A stretch of 51,293 bases of DNA from Calditrichaceae bacterium. Lineage in GTDB: Bacteria; Calditrichota; Calditrichia; Calditrichales; JBFXGD01. The notes under the pieces are model-generated. The model was not told the DNA's origin and did no database searches. It saw nothing but the letters and a program-made list of their open reading frames with translations. Both the position numbers and the translations under genes were made by a program. Where the stretch lies: contig JBFXGD010000005.1 of NCBI GenBank assembly GCA_050178385.1, forward strand, positions 1-51,293, read 5' to 3'. Position 1 is the stretch's first letter. Every line of letters begins with the position of its first letter. Shown here in pieces: positions 10,534 to 19,947 of this stretch.

Positions 10534-10549
10534 TGTGAGACTAATCACA
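10534..10549. promoter_or_regulatory. CRP-family consensus site TGTGA-N6-TCACA upstream of the EPS locus
   Basis: TGTGA-GACTAA-TCACA is an exact consensus match. A TACATT -10-like hexamer at 10570-10575 gives class II (about -41) geometry. Confidence 0.6.
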
Positions 10550-10622
10550 TAAGACTTTTTCCGTTGATTTACATTACTTCACGAATGATTTAAATGAGAA
10601 TTTTTTATACTGAGCGAAAAAA

Positions 10623-11624
10623 TTGGGGTGGGGAGTGCTTGCCAGTCTGGAGATATTAGAACATAAGAAGTTGAAAAATACTCTGATTGTCGGGTGGAAC
10701 ACCGAGGCAGCCGGTTTATCGGATAAAATTATCAACTATCCTGCTTTGGGTTATCATGTTAAAGGTTTCATCAGGCCTGTTGGTTTCGATGATGAAAGAA
10801 AACGGCACTATAAAAATATTCCGGTTGTTGGTGGCCTGGCAGATATTGCGGATGTCATCAAGCTCAAGGAGATTGACGAGCTGCTGATAGTGCTTAGCCC
10901 AGCCGAAAAAACATTTCTCACCGATATTATAAAAGAATGTTCACGATGCGGGGTGGAATACAGAATTGTTGCGGATGCATATGACGCAGCATATCCGCAT
11001 GTTGTTCGGGATGTAATAAAAGATGTTCTCAGGCCTCAGGATTTTGGATTCCGGCGGATTGTCGACATACTTGTATCCCTGACCTTGATGATAGTATTGT
11101 TTCCCCTTTTTTTTATCGTTGCAATCACAATTAAACTGGAATCACGAGGACCTGTTTTCTACTCTCAGCAGCGATACGGCAAGAAAGCCAAGATATTTCT
11201 TGTGCACAAGTTCCGGTCAATGGTGCAGGATGCAGAAAGGCAATCCGGTCCTGTATGGGCTCAAAAAAATGATCCGAGAATTACAAAATTAGGTCATTTT
11301 ATGCGCATGACCAGAATAGATGAACTTCCGCAATTAATAAATGTCCTGAAAGGAGATATGAGCCTGATCGGTCCCCGTCCAGAAAGGCCATTTTTCGCGG
11401 AATCGCTGAAAAAACAAATACCGTTGTATATGAACCGGCTGAAAGTTAAGCCTGGAATTACCGGTCTGGCACAGGTTACGGTAGGATATGATGAGACGAT
11501 TGATGATGTAAGGGATAAAGTCGCCAGGGATATCGAATATATCGAGCAGGCGGATTCATTAAAAATGAACTTGAAGATTCTTTGGAAGACTTTTTTTGTC
11601 GTTCTCTTGGGGGAAGGACAATAA
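10623..11624 (+). CDS. Priming polyprenyl-phosphate sugar phosphotransferase (WcaJ/CpsE-like), lacking the usual N-terminal TM bundle
   Basis: KFRSMV, DPRITKLG, RIDELPQLINVLKGDMSLIGPRPER, KPGITGLAQV, preceded by a Rossmann-like domain (TLIVG...). Start uncertain (TTG 10623 or GTG 10635). Confidence 0.9.
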   Translation: MGWGVLASLEILEHKKLKNTLIVGWNTEAAGLSDKIINYPALGYHVKGFIRPVGFDDERKRHYKNIPVVGGLADIADVIKLKEIDELLIVLSPAEKTFLTDIIKECSRCGVEYRIVADAYDAAYPHVVRDVIKDVLRPQDFGFRRIVDILVSLTLMIVLFPLFFIVAITIKLESRGPVFYSQQRYGKKAKIFLVHKFRSMVQDAERQSGPVWAQKNDPRITKLGHFMRMTRIDELPQLINVLKGDMSLIGPRPERPFFAESLKKQIPLYMNRLKVKPGITGLAQVTVGYDETIDDVRDKVARDIEYIEQADSLKMNLKILWKTFFVVLLGEGQ

Positions 11625-11756
11625 TCAGTATTGGACTGGATTTCTCACGCCTGATATTGATTAAATTAGGGCAGGTTCTTCAAATGTTCAAAATTTTAGT
11701 AGTTCAAAACTGTAAGTTCATTAAAAAGATTATCTTTGTTTGAAAAAAAAGCTTTA

Positions 11757-11932
11757 CCGAGTACTCGGATCAGGTTGCTTTATATTCTCCCTGTGAGGCT
11801 TAGATATAAATTTACAATAATGAAATAATGTCTGCCCGGGAAATGTTAACCGGGCAAATCTTAAGTAACGAAGAACTTGTAAAACCAGCCCCCGTTGCAG
11901 TATGATTTTTTTTGTACTGTAATTGACGGGGC
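11757..11932 (+). other. Structured intergenic region with three stem-loops; candidate cis-regulatory RNA
   Basis: CCGAGTACTCGG palindrome (11757-11768); TGCCCGG/CCGGGCA (11833-11856); CCCCGT..TTGCAGTA/TACTGTAA..ACGGGG (about 11888-11932). None has a clear U tail. Confidence 0.35.
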
Positions 11933-11963
11933 GGAGCTATAAATAAATTGAGAACAGAGAGCT

Positions 11964-12779
11964 ATGGAAAACATTAAAATTGATTCCAAATTTGCTGACC
12001 AGAGCGGTGAAATAATGATTATTGAGCTTGGTGGATATGTTGATCAGTCAAATAGTTTTCAACTTCAGCAGATGTTTGAGAACATACTCCAGAGCGGCTG
12101 TTTTAAAGTAATTGTCGATTTTAAGGATTTGTATTATATGAGCAGCGCCGGCTGGGGTATTTTTGTCGGTGAGATCAAGCGATTCAGAGAGAATGGCGGT
12201 GATATAAAGTTGGCTTATATGAATCCTGAGATCTATGATGTTTTTCAGATGTTGGAATTTTATCATATTCTGGAAGACTACGCGACCGTAGAAGATGCTG
12301 CCGCATCCTTTAGTAAAGAAACGGAGCAATTGGATCTTGCAATCGAATCAGAGACGGGTAATGAAGATAAAAAAACAGGGGAAACCGTAAATTCAATAGA
12401 AGAAATTGATACAGAAGAATCTATTGGGGATGATGAAAAAGGAACAAAAAAACGACAAAAGAAAAAACATGAGTCGGCGGAAGTTATAAAATTTGTTCCA
12501 ACAAATGGTCAGGAGTCAGGAGAAAGTCAGAAAGTTTATAAAGAATTCGTTCCTCACACCCTTAAAAAGGATGTAAAGCTGGCTGAGCTGCCTCTACCCG
12601 AAAAAATTAGAAGAGTAGTGGCTCAAAATCCTCTGGTGACCATTTGGGAAATAAAAAAGATACTTGGGCATGAGCATTTTGGTTATACGAAGATTGGAAT
12701 CTTTAAGCTTTGGAATATTTTGAGAGAACTTGATCTCAATACAAAGTTAAAAAGATATCGATATTATCGATCCTGTTAG
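11964..12779 (+). CDS. STAS (anti-sigma-factor antagonist) domain + acidic linker + basic C-terminal HTH-like domain
   Basis: IELGGYVD...VIVDFKDLYYMSSAGWGIFV...GGDIKL matches SpoIIAA/RsbV. The last ~65 aa (EKIRRVVAQNP...KLWNILRELDLNTKLKR) look like a helical DNA-binding module. Confidence 0.8.
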   Translation: MENIKIDSKFADQSGEIMIIELGGYVDQSNSFQLQQMFENILQSGCFKVIVDFKDLYYMSSAGWGIFVGEIKRFRENGGDIKLAYMNPEIYDVFQMLEFYHILEDYATVEDAAASFSKETEQLDLAIESETGNEDKKTGETVNSIEEIDTEESIGDDEKGTKKRQKKKHESAEVIKFVPTNGQESGESQKVYKEFVPHTLKKDVKLAELPLPEKIRRVVAQNPLVTIWEIKKILGHEHFGYTKIGIFKLWNILRELDLNTKLKRYRYYRSC

Positions 12780-12818
12780 CTAATTCTAATAACTTAAGTA
12801 AACAAGGAAGATGGCAGA

Positions 12819-13562
12819 ATGATGATCTCAAATTTTTGTGAGCGAAGATTTACCAAAACTCTGGTATACATGCTGGTTTTTGGGCTTATATTTGCCGATT
12901 TAATTCCTGTATACGCCGGGACGGATGCAGAAAATTTAAATAACGAACCTGACCCAAAGGAGCAGAGCTCGCAGCAGGATCTTTTCCCGTTCAAACCCGG
13001 AGATGGTCTGTATGTGAGTACTCTTCCTGATTCGTCTTCTTTTTTAAACCAGGTTTTTCAGATTGATGATTCGGGATTTGTCGAGTTCCCCGTACTCGGA
13101 CGGGTCGCGGTTAATAAGATGACGGAGCAGGAATTATCCGCGTTCATCAAAAATAATTTTCAGCAATATATGCGTTTTCCAAATGTATTTGTAAAGCCGA
13201 TGCTGAGATTAAGTATTCTTGGTGGGGTGGCCAGGCCGGGGCTTTACTACATAGATTATAGTAATTCAATATGGGATGCGGTTCGAATGGCGGGCGGTAC
13301 TCTTGATGAGGAAGGTATCAAAAAAATGCGTTGGGAAAGAAGCCGCGATGATGTTGTGAATGATCTGGTCCCCTATTTTCAGAATGGAGTGTCCCTGAAA
13401 AAAATCGGTTTTCGCTCCGGTGACCAGTTGTGGACTCCGACTCCGGGAAAGGCTGGTTTTCTGGATAAGTTGACCAACAATATTTTACCAATAGTATCAT
13501 TGGGTACAACAATAATGTTTTTATATCTCACTTATCAGAGAGATACGATAACAAGCAGATGA
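12819..13562 (+). CDS. wza: Polysaccharide export protein (Wza/OPX family; Poly_export + SLBB)
   Basis: PFKPGDGL...IDDSGFVEFPVLGRV, ILGGVARPGLY, AVRMAGG; signal peptide; hydrophobic C-terminal helix; directly upstream of Wzc. Confidence 0.8.
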   Translation: MMISNFCERRFTKTLVYMLVFGLIFADLIPVYAGTDAENLNNEPDPKEQSSQQDLFPFKPGDGLYVSTLPDSSSFLNQVFQIDDSGFVEFPVLGRVAVNKMTEQELSAFIKNNFQQYMRFPNVFVKPMLRLSILGGVARPGLYYIDYSNSIWDAVRMAGGTLDEEGIKKMRWERSRDDVVNDLVPYFQNGVSLKKIGFRSGDQLWTPTPGKAGFLDKLTNNILPIVSLGTTIMFLYLTYQRDTITSR

Positions 13563-13581
13563 TAAAAAAGGAAATGTTACG

Positions 13582-15930
13582 ATGGCAGCAGTAAAAGATC
13601 GTAGTCTTCATAAGAATCGTAATGATTCATTTAACGCCGCAAAATATCTCGGACTATTTAGCAGAGAGAAATGGAAGATTTTTTTAATATCAGTTGGACT
13701 CTTTATAATCATTGTTCCTCTTGTTTTCAAGCTTGCGCCTCATCCAAAGTACACGGTTTCGGCCGTTTTGCGATTTTCGGAAAACAAGAATGTCGCAACT
13801 ATAAAGGAAGATACCGGTGACCGTTACGGGTATGATGCAAAAATTAGTTTATTGTTGAGCCGGAATTTTTTGGAACAGGTTGTTGATAAACTTGATCTGT
13901 TTTTCGTATTAAATGATAATTATCGGTCAGAGTTGCTGGATACACTTATAATTGATGATAGTTATAAAACAGGTGAATACACGATAAGGAAATCGGGTGA
14001 AGTATTTCAGCTCTACTATACAAATGAGGAAGAGAAAATCTCGAATGAAAAGCTGTTTCAGACAAAGCTTACCCCTGATTACTGGTTCAATTATAAATTT
14101 CTTCAGTTAAAATTAAAACCGGCGTTTTTTGAAGAACAGGATAATGTGAAATTTTATCTGACAAAAAAAATAAGCCGTGTGGAATGGCTCAAAAAAAATA
14201 TCAATGCCGATTTCATTGATAGAGGGCGCACTGTTCTCAGGATAGATCTAACCGGAACAGATCCATTTTTGATTACAAATACACTAAACACTCTTGTTGA
14301 AGAGTTCAGGGTACAAAATTTAAATTATACAAAAATCTATACCAGACAGATTTTGGATATTTTGAACGAACAGCTCACCTTCACAAGAAATGATTTGGAA
14401 AAAGCCGAAGATGAATTAAAATCCTTCAGGCAAAGTTATCCCTGGGTCGGGCTTACGCCTAACATGAGTAATATTGTTACAGATATTTCTACATCAGAGT
14501 CACAGAAACTTAATCTCTCCAAAAAATCAAGTGAGATTGACAGAATTGTTAACCGTTATAATCTGTCCGGAGTTGATGAAAAAAGCCTTGTCCTTGGAGA
14601 GATGATAGCATTTCTGGGCGGCGAATCTGTATCGACTGTCTCGGCATTGCAAAACGAGTATAATACAGTTATTACGGAGAGAAACCGGCTTGTACAAAGC
14701 TACTCAAAAAATCACCCACTGATGCTCGAAAACGAAAAGAAAATAGAGCAACTCGGTATAAAAGTGGTTGAAACCGCCAATCATCATCGCAGTACGCTGG
14801 AGCAGAGACTTCGTGAGACGAATCGTGATCTTTCGGAAAATAATTTCAAAATCAGAAGTTTGCCCGGAAAAGAAGCTCAATTGGCAGAATTACAACGCAA
14901 AAGGAATGTCGCCGAAGAAATTTATGCTGATGTTCTGGTGCGTTATAATCAGGCTAAGTTAGCTGATGTAGTAGAGGTGGGAGATGTGTTTATCCTTGAC
15001 AATGCAATTCTACCCGAACTGAGCAGCCAAAGAATCATGTACATAAAATATATTTTGATGGGTCTGGTAGGGAGCATGGCCGTAGGATTCGGTTTTGTAT
15101 TGTTGAGAGGTTATTTTGATAAGTCGGTTCATGTGTCGAATGAGATAGAAGAAAGACTTAATCTTAAAGTTCTGGCTTCAATTCCTGTCATCGGAGACGG
15201 AAAAGAAATTCCGGAAGAAATTTCTCTGGAAACAAACAGCAGGATTGAGCCCCGGCTGATAACGGTGGATTATTCACCTACACCGGTCGGAGAGGCATAC
15301 AGATCATTAAGGACTCAATTACTGTTTCTGAAAGAAAAGAAACCCATGTCCACCATTCTTGTTACAAGTCTCAATCCATCGGATGGTAAATCTTTAAACG
15401 CCTCAAATCTTGCCATTACTTTCGCGCAGCAAAAATTACCGACACTGCTGTTTGACGCTGATTTACGAAGAGGTGTTCTCCATAATTCATTCGCGTGCAG
15501 TAAGTCTCCAGGATTTTCTGATTTTCTATATAGTAATGCTGAGATAAATCATGAAAATATGAAAAAATTTATTCAGTCAACCCACATTCCCAATTTATTT
15601 TTAATCAGCAGTGGTATGAATATTCCAAATCCTTCAGAATTACTGGGCACATATAAACTTGAACAATTTCTGAATCTGTTAAAAAACAAATTCAGCATCA
15701 TAATTATTGATACTCCTCCAATTAATGTTACTGCTGACGCAGTTATCCTTTCCAAGCAGGTGGATTCTGTCCTCCTTGTTGTCAGAGCCGGGAGAACAAA
15801 TATCGGTAAGCTCGGAGAGAAATTAAAAGAATATGACCAGATAGTTGAGAAAATTGAAGGTACGGTGTTCAATTTTTCTGAAGAGCCCAGTTTAAAGGAG
15901 ACCTATCAATACTCATATTATAAATATTGA
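13582..15930 (+). CDS. wzc: Polysaccharide co-polymerase / BY-kinase (Wzc)
   Basis: Two TM segments flanking a coiled-coil region; EAYRSLRT, Walker A VTSLNPSDGKS, DADLRRG, IIIDTPP; C-terminal tyrosine cluster YQYSYYKY. Confidence 0.93.
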   Translation: MAAVKDRSLHKNRNDSFNAAKYLGLFSREKWKIFLISVGLFIIIVPLVFKLAPHPKYTVSAVLRFSENKNVATIKEDTGDRYGYDAKISLLLSRNFLEQVVDKLDLFFVLNDNYRSELLDTLIIDDSYKTGEYTIRKSGEVFQLYYTNEEEKISNEKLFQTKLTPDYWFNYKFLQLKLKPAFFEEQDNVKFYLTKKISRVEWLKKNINADFIDRGRTVLRIDLTGTDPFLITNTLNTLVEEFRVQNLNYTKIYTRQILDILNEQLTFTRNDLEKAEDELKSFRQSYPWVGLTPNMSNIVTDISTSESQKLNLSKKSSEIDRIVNRYNLSGVDEKSLVLGEMIAFLGGESVSTVSALQNEYNTVITERNRLVQSYSKNHPLMLENEKKIEQLGIKVVETANHHRSTLEQRLRETNRDLSENNFKIRSLPGKEAQLAELQRKRNVAEEIYADVLVRYNQAKLADVVEVGDVFILDNAILPELSSQRIMYIKYILMGLVGSMAVGFGFVLLRGYFDKSVHVSNEIEERLNLKVLASIPVIGDGKEIPEEISLETNSRIEPRLITVDYSPTPVGEAYRSLRTQLLFLKEKKPMSTILVTSLNPSDGKSLNASNLAITFAQQKLPTLLFDADLRRGVLHNSFACSKSPGFSDFLYSNAEINHENMKKFIQSTHIPNLFLISSGMNIPNPSELLGTYKLEQFLNLLKNKFSIIIIDTPPINVTADAVILSKQVDSVLLVVRAGRTNIGKLGEKLKEYDQIVEKIEGTVFNFSEEPSLKETYQYSYYKY

Positions 15931-16074
15931 TTTACAAATTCGATCAAATTGATGACCGGTTGTATCCTGCAATAAAATATGTTTTAATCATGAAGTAATA
16001 TTTATCCGTGAGTTCATAACCGGGTAAAAGTTTTAGTGAAATATAAGTAAGTATAGAAGGGATTCGGAAATCTT

Positions 16075-18036
16075 ATGTGCGGTATCGCAGGGATCATAAA
16101 TCTTAAAAAACGGGGGATCGTTGAAAAATCGATTCTGGAAAAGATGGCTCATAGTTTGCGGCACAGAGGGCCGGATGATTTCGGGTTCTATCACAGACCC
16201 GGTATCGGTCTTGCGCAGACACGTCTCAGCATTATCGATCTTTCCGGTGGGAAACAGCCGATTCCCAATGAAGATAAAACGATCTGGGTTGTGTTTAACG
16301 GGGAAATATTTAATTATATTGAGCTCCGGGAGTCTTTGCTAAAAAAGGGACACCGTTTTTCCACGCAGAGTGATACGGAGGTCATCGTTCATGCCTATGA
16401 AGAATATGGCAACGATTTTTTAAATCATTTTAACGGCCAATTTGCGATCGCGCTCTGGGATGAAAAAAATGAACATCTGATACTCGCGCGGGACAGGGTG
16501 GGAATACGTCCCCTGTTCTATTCTCAGGCGAAGGATGGCTCTTTTGTTTTCGGTTCAGAAATGAAGGCCATTTTTCAACATCCGCGCATAACACCTGAGA
16601 TTGATCCCGTTGGGCTGGAGCAGATTTTTACTTTCTGGGTAAATATCCCGCCCAGAACCGTATTTGACGGGGTTAATGAACTGCCTCCGGGTCATTTTCT
16701 GGAGCTATCCGCATCCGGGATTAAAATACACTCATACTGGAAATTACGTTACCCGGATGAGAATGATTATGAAGACCGGCCGTTAAGTTTTTATACCAGG
16801 AAATTAGAAGAATTACTGTATGACGCCGTCACCATCCGCCTAAGAGCGGATGTCCCTGTTGCTGCTTATCTGAGTGGTGGAATAGATTCATCCATAATCG
16901 CGGCTTTAGTCAAAAAATACCACAATAATGATCTGATAACCTTCTCCGTGGCATTTTCGGACGCATCTTACGACGAACGTCCCTTTCAAAAAGAGATGGT
17001 TGATTTTCTAAAGACAGATCATCGATTCATCGAGGCTGATTACAATACGATCGGCAATGCGTTTTCCGATGTGGTCTGGTTTGCGGAAAAGCCGATGATA
17101 CGCACCGCTCCCGCGCCGTTGTATCTGCTTTCGGGGCTTGTCCGTAAAAACAATATCAAGGTTGTTCTTACGGGAGAAGGCGCCGATGAAGTTTTTGGCG
17201 GATATAATATATTTAAAGAAAATAAAATAAGGAGATTTTGGGCAAAATATCCGGACTCGAAAACGCGACCTCTCCTTCTGTCAAAACTGTATCCATACAT
17301 AACAAAAGATTCCGGTCAGGCGCAAAATTTCTGGCAATTATTTTTCAAGAAAAATTTGACAGATACAGATAATATTTTCTATTCACATCTCATAAGATGG
17401 AATAATACTTCACAAATAAAGAAATTTTTCAATAAGTCTTCAAAAGAGAGATTTAATAATGCCGAACAGATTTATGAGGAACTCAACAGTTATGTAGATC
17501 CGGAGATGAAGAGATGGCATCCATTGTCACGTGCTCAGTATCTGGAAATGAATCTATTTATGTCCGGTTATTTGTTGTCGTCTCAGGGCGACAGGATGAT
17601 GATGGGGAATTCAGTGGAGGGGAGATTCCCGTTTTTGGACTACAGGGTCATCGAATTCGCGAATACTATTCCTCCGCAGTATAAACTGAAAGTTTTGAAC
17701 GAAAAGTTTATACTAAAAAAAACATTTGAAAATCTGGTTCCTCCATCGATAATTAATAGAGCCAAACAACCATATCGCGCGCCTATCAGTCAATGCTTTG
17801 CCGCGGGAAATGGTAGTTTGGCTTCTTCTGTTTTGAAAGAAGACAAAGTTAGAGATTTCGGATATTTTGATACGACAAATGTCGGGCGGTTGCTGGCTAA
17901 AGTTAAGTCTGGCAGTGGCCAGCAAATGACGGCAAGGGATGATATGGCTCTTGTCGGGATCGCTTCGTTGCAGCTGCTTCATCACCATTTTATTGAAAAT
18001 CGTAAAACAGATAACCCGATAGCAGACAATATATAA
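16075..18036 (+). CDS. asnB: Asparagine synthase (glutamine-hydrolysing)-like amidotransferase
   Basis: MCGIAG (Cys2), HRGPD, FNGEIFNY, LSGGIDSS, LTGEGADE, SVEGRFPFLD. Confidence 0.9.
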   Translation: MCGIAGIINLKKRGIVEKSILEKMAHSLRHRGPDDFGFYHRPGIGLAQTRLSIIDLSGGKQPIPNEDKTIWVVFNGEIFNYIELRESLLKKGHRFSTQSDTEVIVHAYEEYGNDFLNHFNGQFAIALWDEKNEHLILARDRVGIRPLFYSQAKDGSFVFGSEMKAIFQHPRITPEIDPVGLEQIFTFWVNIPPRTVFDGVNELPPGHFLELSASGIKIHSYWKLRYPDENDYEDRPLSFYTRKLEELLYDAVTIRLRADVPVAAYLSGGIDSSIIAALVKKYHNNDLITFSVAFSDASYDERPFQKEMVDFLKTDHRFIEADYNTIGNAFSDVVWFAEKPMIRTAPAPLYLLSGLVRKNNIKVVLTGEGADEVFGGYNIFKENKIRRFWAKYPDSKTRPLLLSKLYPYITKDSGQAQNFWQLFFKKNLTDTDNIFYSHLIRWNNTSQIKKFFNKSSKERFNNAEQIYEELNSYVDPEMKRWHPLSRAQYLEMNLFMSGYLLSSQGDRMMMGNSVEGRFPFLDYRVIEFANTIPPQYKLKVLNEKFILKKTFENLVPPSIINRAKQPYRAPISQCFAAGNGSLASSVLKEDKVRDFGYFDTTNVGRLLAKVKSGSGQQMTARDDMALVGIASLQLLHHHFIENRKTDNPIADNI

Positions 18037-18038
18037 TC

Positions 18039-19574
18039 ATGCAGATAAATCAATTTCTTGAAAATTCAGCTCAAATATATCCTGAAAAACAGGCCGTATG
18101 GTATAAGGACCAGTGGCTTTCGTATGCGGATATTGAACTCCATTCAAATAAAATTGGTAATTATCTTAAGGAAAACGGTATTCGGAGAGGCGACCGGGTT
18201 GCTATTCTCTATGAAAATTCATTTGATTACATCATTGGGTACTACGGAATATTAAAAGCAGGGGGTGTGACCGTTGCTCTAAATACGGAGACGAATGCCA
18301 ATACCTTGATTTATCTTCTGAATGATTCCGGAGCAAAAGCGATTATTTCCAACTCGAAGTATTCCCGTCATCTCGTACTGGCTATCAGAAAATCCCCGTA
18401 TCTACGCACTGTTATTATACACCAGGATGACTTGAGTGAGTATAATGATGTTGGCCATTGCAGCCAGATTCGATTGACTGATATATACGATCAGGGAAAT
18501 GATGGGTCTCCGTCCGTTAGGGGAATTGACATTGATCTTGCTTCAATCGTTTATACTTCAGGGAGTACCGGGAAACCAAAGGGAGTGATGCTGTCGCATC
18601 TGAATGTTGTCAGCAATACGGTATCGATAACAGAATATCTGCGTCTTTCTCATCAGGACAGAATTATGGTGGTTTTGCCGTTTTATTATATTTATGGAAA
18701 ATCGCTGCTCAATACACATTTTTATGCGGGCGGTTCCGTTGTAATTGATAATCGTTTTGCTTTTCCTAATGTCATACTCAGCACAATGCAAAAAACACAG
18801 GTTACGGGATTTTCGGGGGTTCCATCGACTTTCATGATTCTTTTGAATAAGTCAGGCATCAGAAAACAAAATTTTGAATCACTCCGGTATTTGACGCAGG
18901 CAGGCGGAGCCATGGCTCCGGCAATACAAAAAGAAGTCGTAAAAGTGATGGCTCCCGCAAAGCTGTATATCATGTATGGGGCAACGGAGGCATCAGCCAG
19001 GTTGTCATACCTTGATCCAAATGATCTCCCGCGAAAATGGGGTTCAATTGGCAAGGCAATCCCGAATGTTGATCTGTTTGTCGCCGATGACCGGGGCAGA
19101 GAATTGCCGCAGGGAGAAACCGGAGAGATTGTTGCCCGGGGTTCAAATTTAATGCAGGGATACTGGAACGATAAGGATGAGACGGGCAAGGTACTTAAAA
19201 ACGGTCTGTATTACACCGGTGATTTGGGGAAAATGGATGAAGAAGGATTTCTCTTTGTTGTCGGTCGAACAAAGGATATAATTAAAGTCGGCGGGGAGAG
19301 GATAAGCGCGAAAGAGATAGAGGAAAAAATTCTTGAGATCAATAAAGTACATGAAGTGGCGGTTATCGGTGTGAAGGATGATTTGCTTGGAGAAGCTATG
19401 AAAGCTTTCATTGTACCTCGTGATGGAGAAATTCCGGATGAGGAAGAGATCAGAGCGATTCTTAAGAAAAACCTACCTTTGTACAAGCAGCCGAAGTATA
19501 TCTGTTTTGCCGAGAAACTGCCAAAAAACGAATCAGGTAAAATATTAAAAAATTTGCTTAAAGAGCAGGAATAA
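18039..19574 (+). CDS. AMP-dependent ligase (ANL adenylation enzyme)
   Basis: YTSGSTGKPKG, MYGATE, YYTGDLG, GRTKDIIK, LPKNESGKI; adjacent to a carrier protein gene. Confidence 0.9.
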   Translation: MQINQFLENSAQIYPEKQAVWYKDQWLSYADIELHSNKIGNYLKENGIRRGDRVAILYENSFDYIIGYYGILKAGGVTVALNTETNANTLIYLLNDSGAKAIISNSKYSRHLVLAIRKSPYLRTVIIHQDDLSEYNDVGHCSQIRLTDIYDQGNDGSPSVRGIDIDLASIVYTSGSTGKPKGVMLSHLNVVSNTVSITEYLRLSHQDRIMVVLPFYYIYGKSLLNTHFYAGGSVVIDNRFAFPNVILSTMQKTQVTGFSGVPSTFMILLNKSGIRKQNFESLRYLTQAGGAMAPAIQKEVVKVMAPAKLYIMYGATEASARLSYLDPNDLPRKWGSIGKAIPNVDLFVADDRGRELPQGETGEIVARGSNLMQGYWNDKDETGKVLKNGLYYTGDLGKMDEEGFLFVVGRTKDIIKVGGERISAKEIEEKILEINKVHEVAVIGVKDDLLGEAMKAFIVPRDGEIPDEEEIRAILKKNLPLYKQPKYICFAEKLPKNESGKILKNLLKEQE

Positions 19575-19640
19575 TAAGACCGGAAGCGATCTAAAATTAA
19601 CATTGTGACAAAAAATATTAAAATTCAGGAGAATATAAGT

Positions 19641-19892
19641 ATGGAAATCAGAGATCAACTGGTGCACTTCTTTAATGAAAATTTTATGGTGGATATGGTT
19701 AAAGAATATAGCGCCGATACGTCATTGCTTGAAAACGGAATCATTGATTCTACGGGGGTGCTGGAGCTGGTGGCATATATTGAACAAAATTACAGCATAA
19801 AAATAAATGATGAAGAAATCGTTCCGGAGAACCTGGATTCGCTGATAAATATTGAGAATTTTATCAAGAATAAGGTCAATGGAAAAAAATAA
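19641..19892 (+). CDS. Acyl/aminoacyl carrier protein
   Basis: 83-aa acidic protein from ATG 19641 (RBS AGGAG); GIIDSTGVLELV phosphopantetheine-Ser motif; ENLDS. Confidence 0.88.
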   Translation: MEIRDQLVHFFNENFMVDMVKEYSADTSLLENGIIDSTGVLELVAYIEQNYSIKINDEEIVPENLDSLINIENFIKNKVNGKK

Positions 19893-19947
19893 AATCAATA
19901 AGAATTTTAAGAAAAAACATCAATTTAAAAATACTCAGGTCAATTGA

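Noticed and set aside
9972..10622. Hidden gene, tRNA or ops/JUMPStart element in the 650-bp gap after frr
   Set aside because: No convincing ORF, cloverleaf or GGCGGTAG motif found by eye; it appears to be AT-rich regulatory DNA.
11675..11689. GTTC-N7-GTTC resembling the alphaproteobacterial LexA box
   Set aside because: Short motif, the lineage does not look alphaproteobacterial, the context is not SOS-related, and neighbouring GTTCA repeats are irregularly spaced.
11850..11935. GGCAAA-containing structure as a c-di-GMP-I riboswitch
   Set aside because: Lacks the GNRA-capped stem and the GACGCAAAGC-like segment in the expected arrangement.
12560..12779. IS element remnant at the end of the STAS gene
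   Set aside because: No DDE domain, terminal inverted repeats or target duplication seen; the HTH-like segment is fused in frame and intact.
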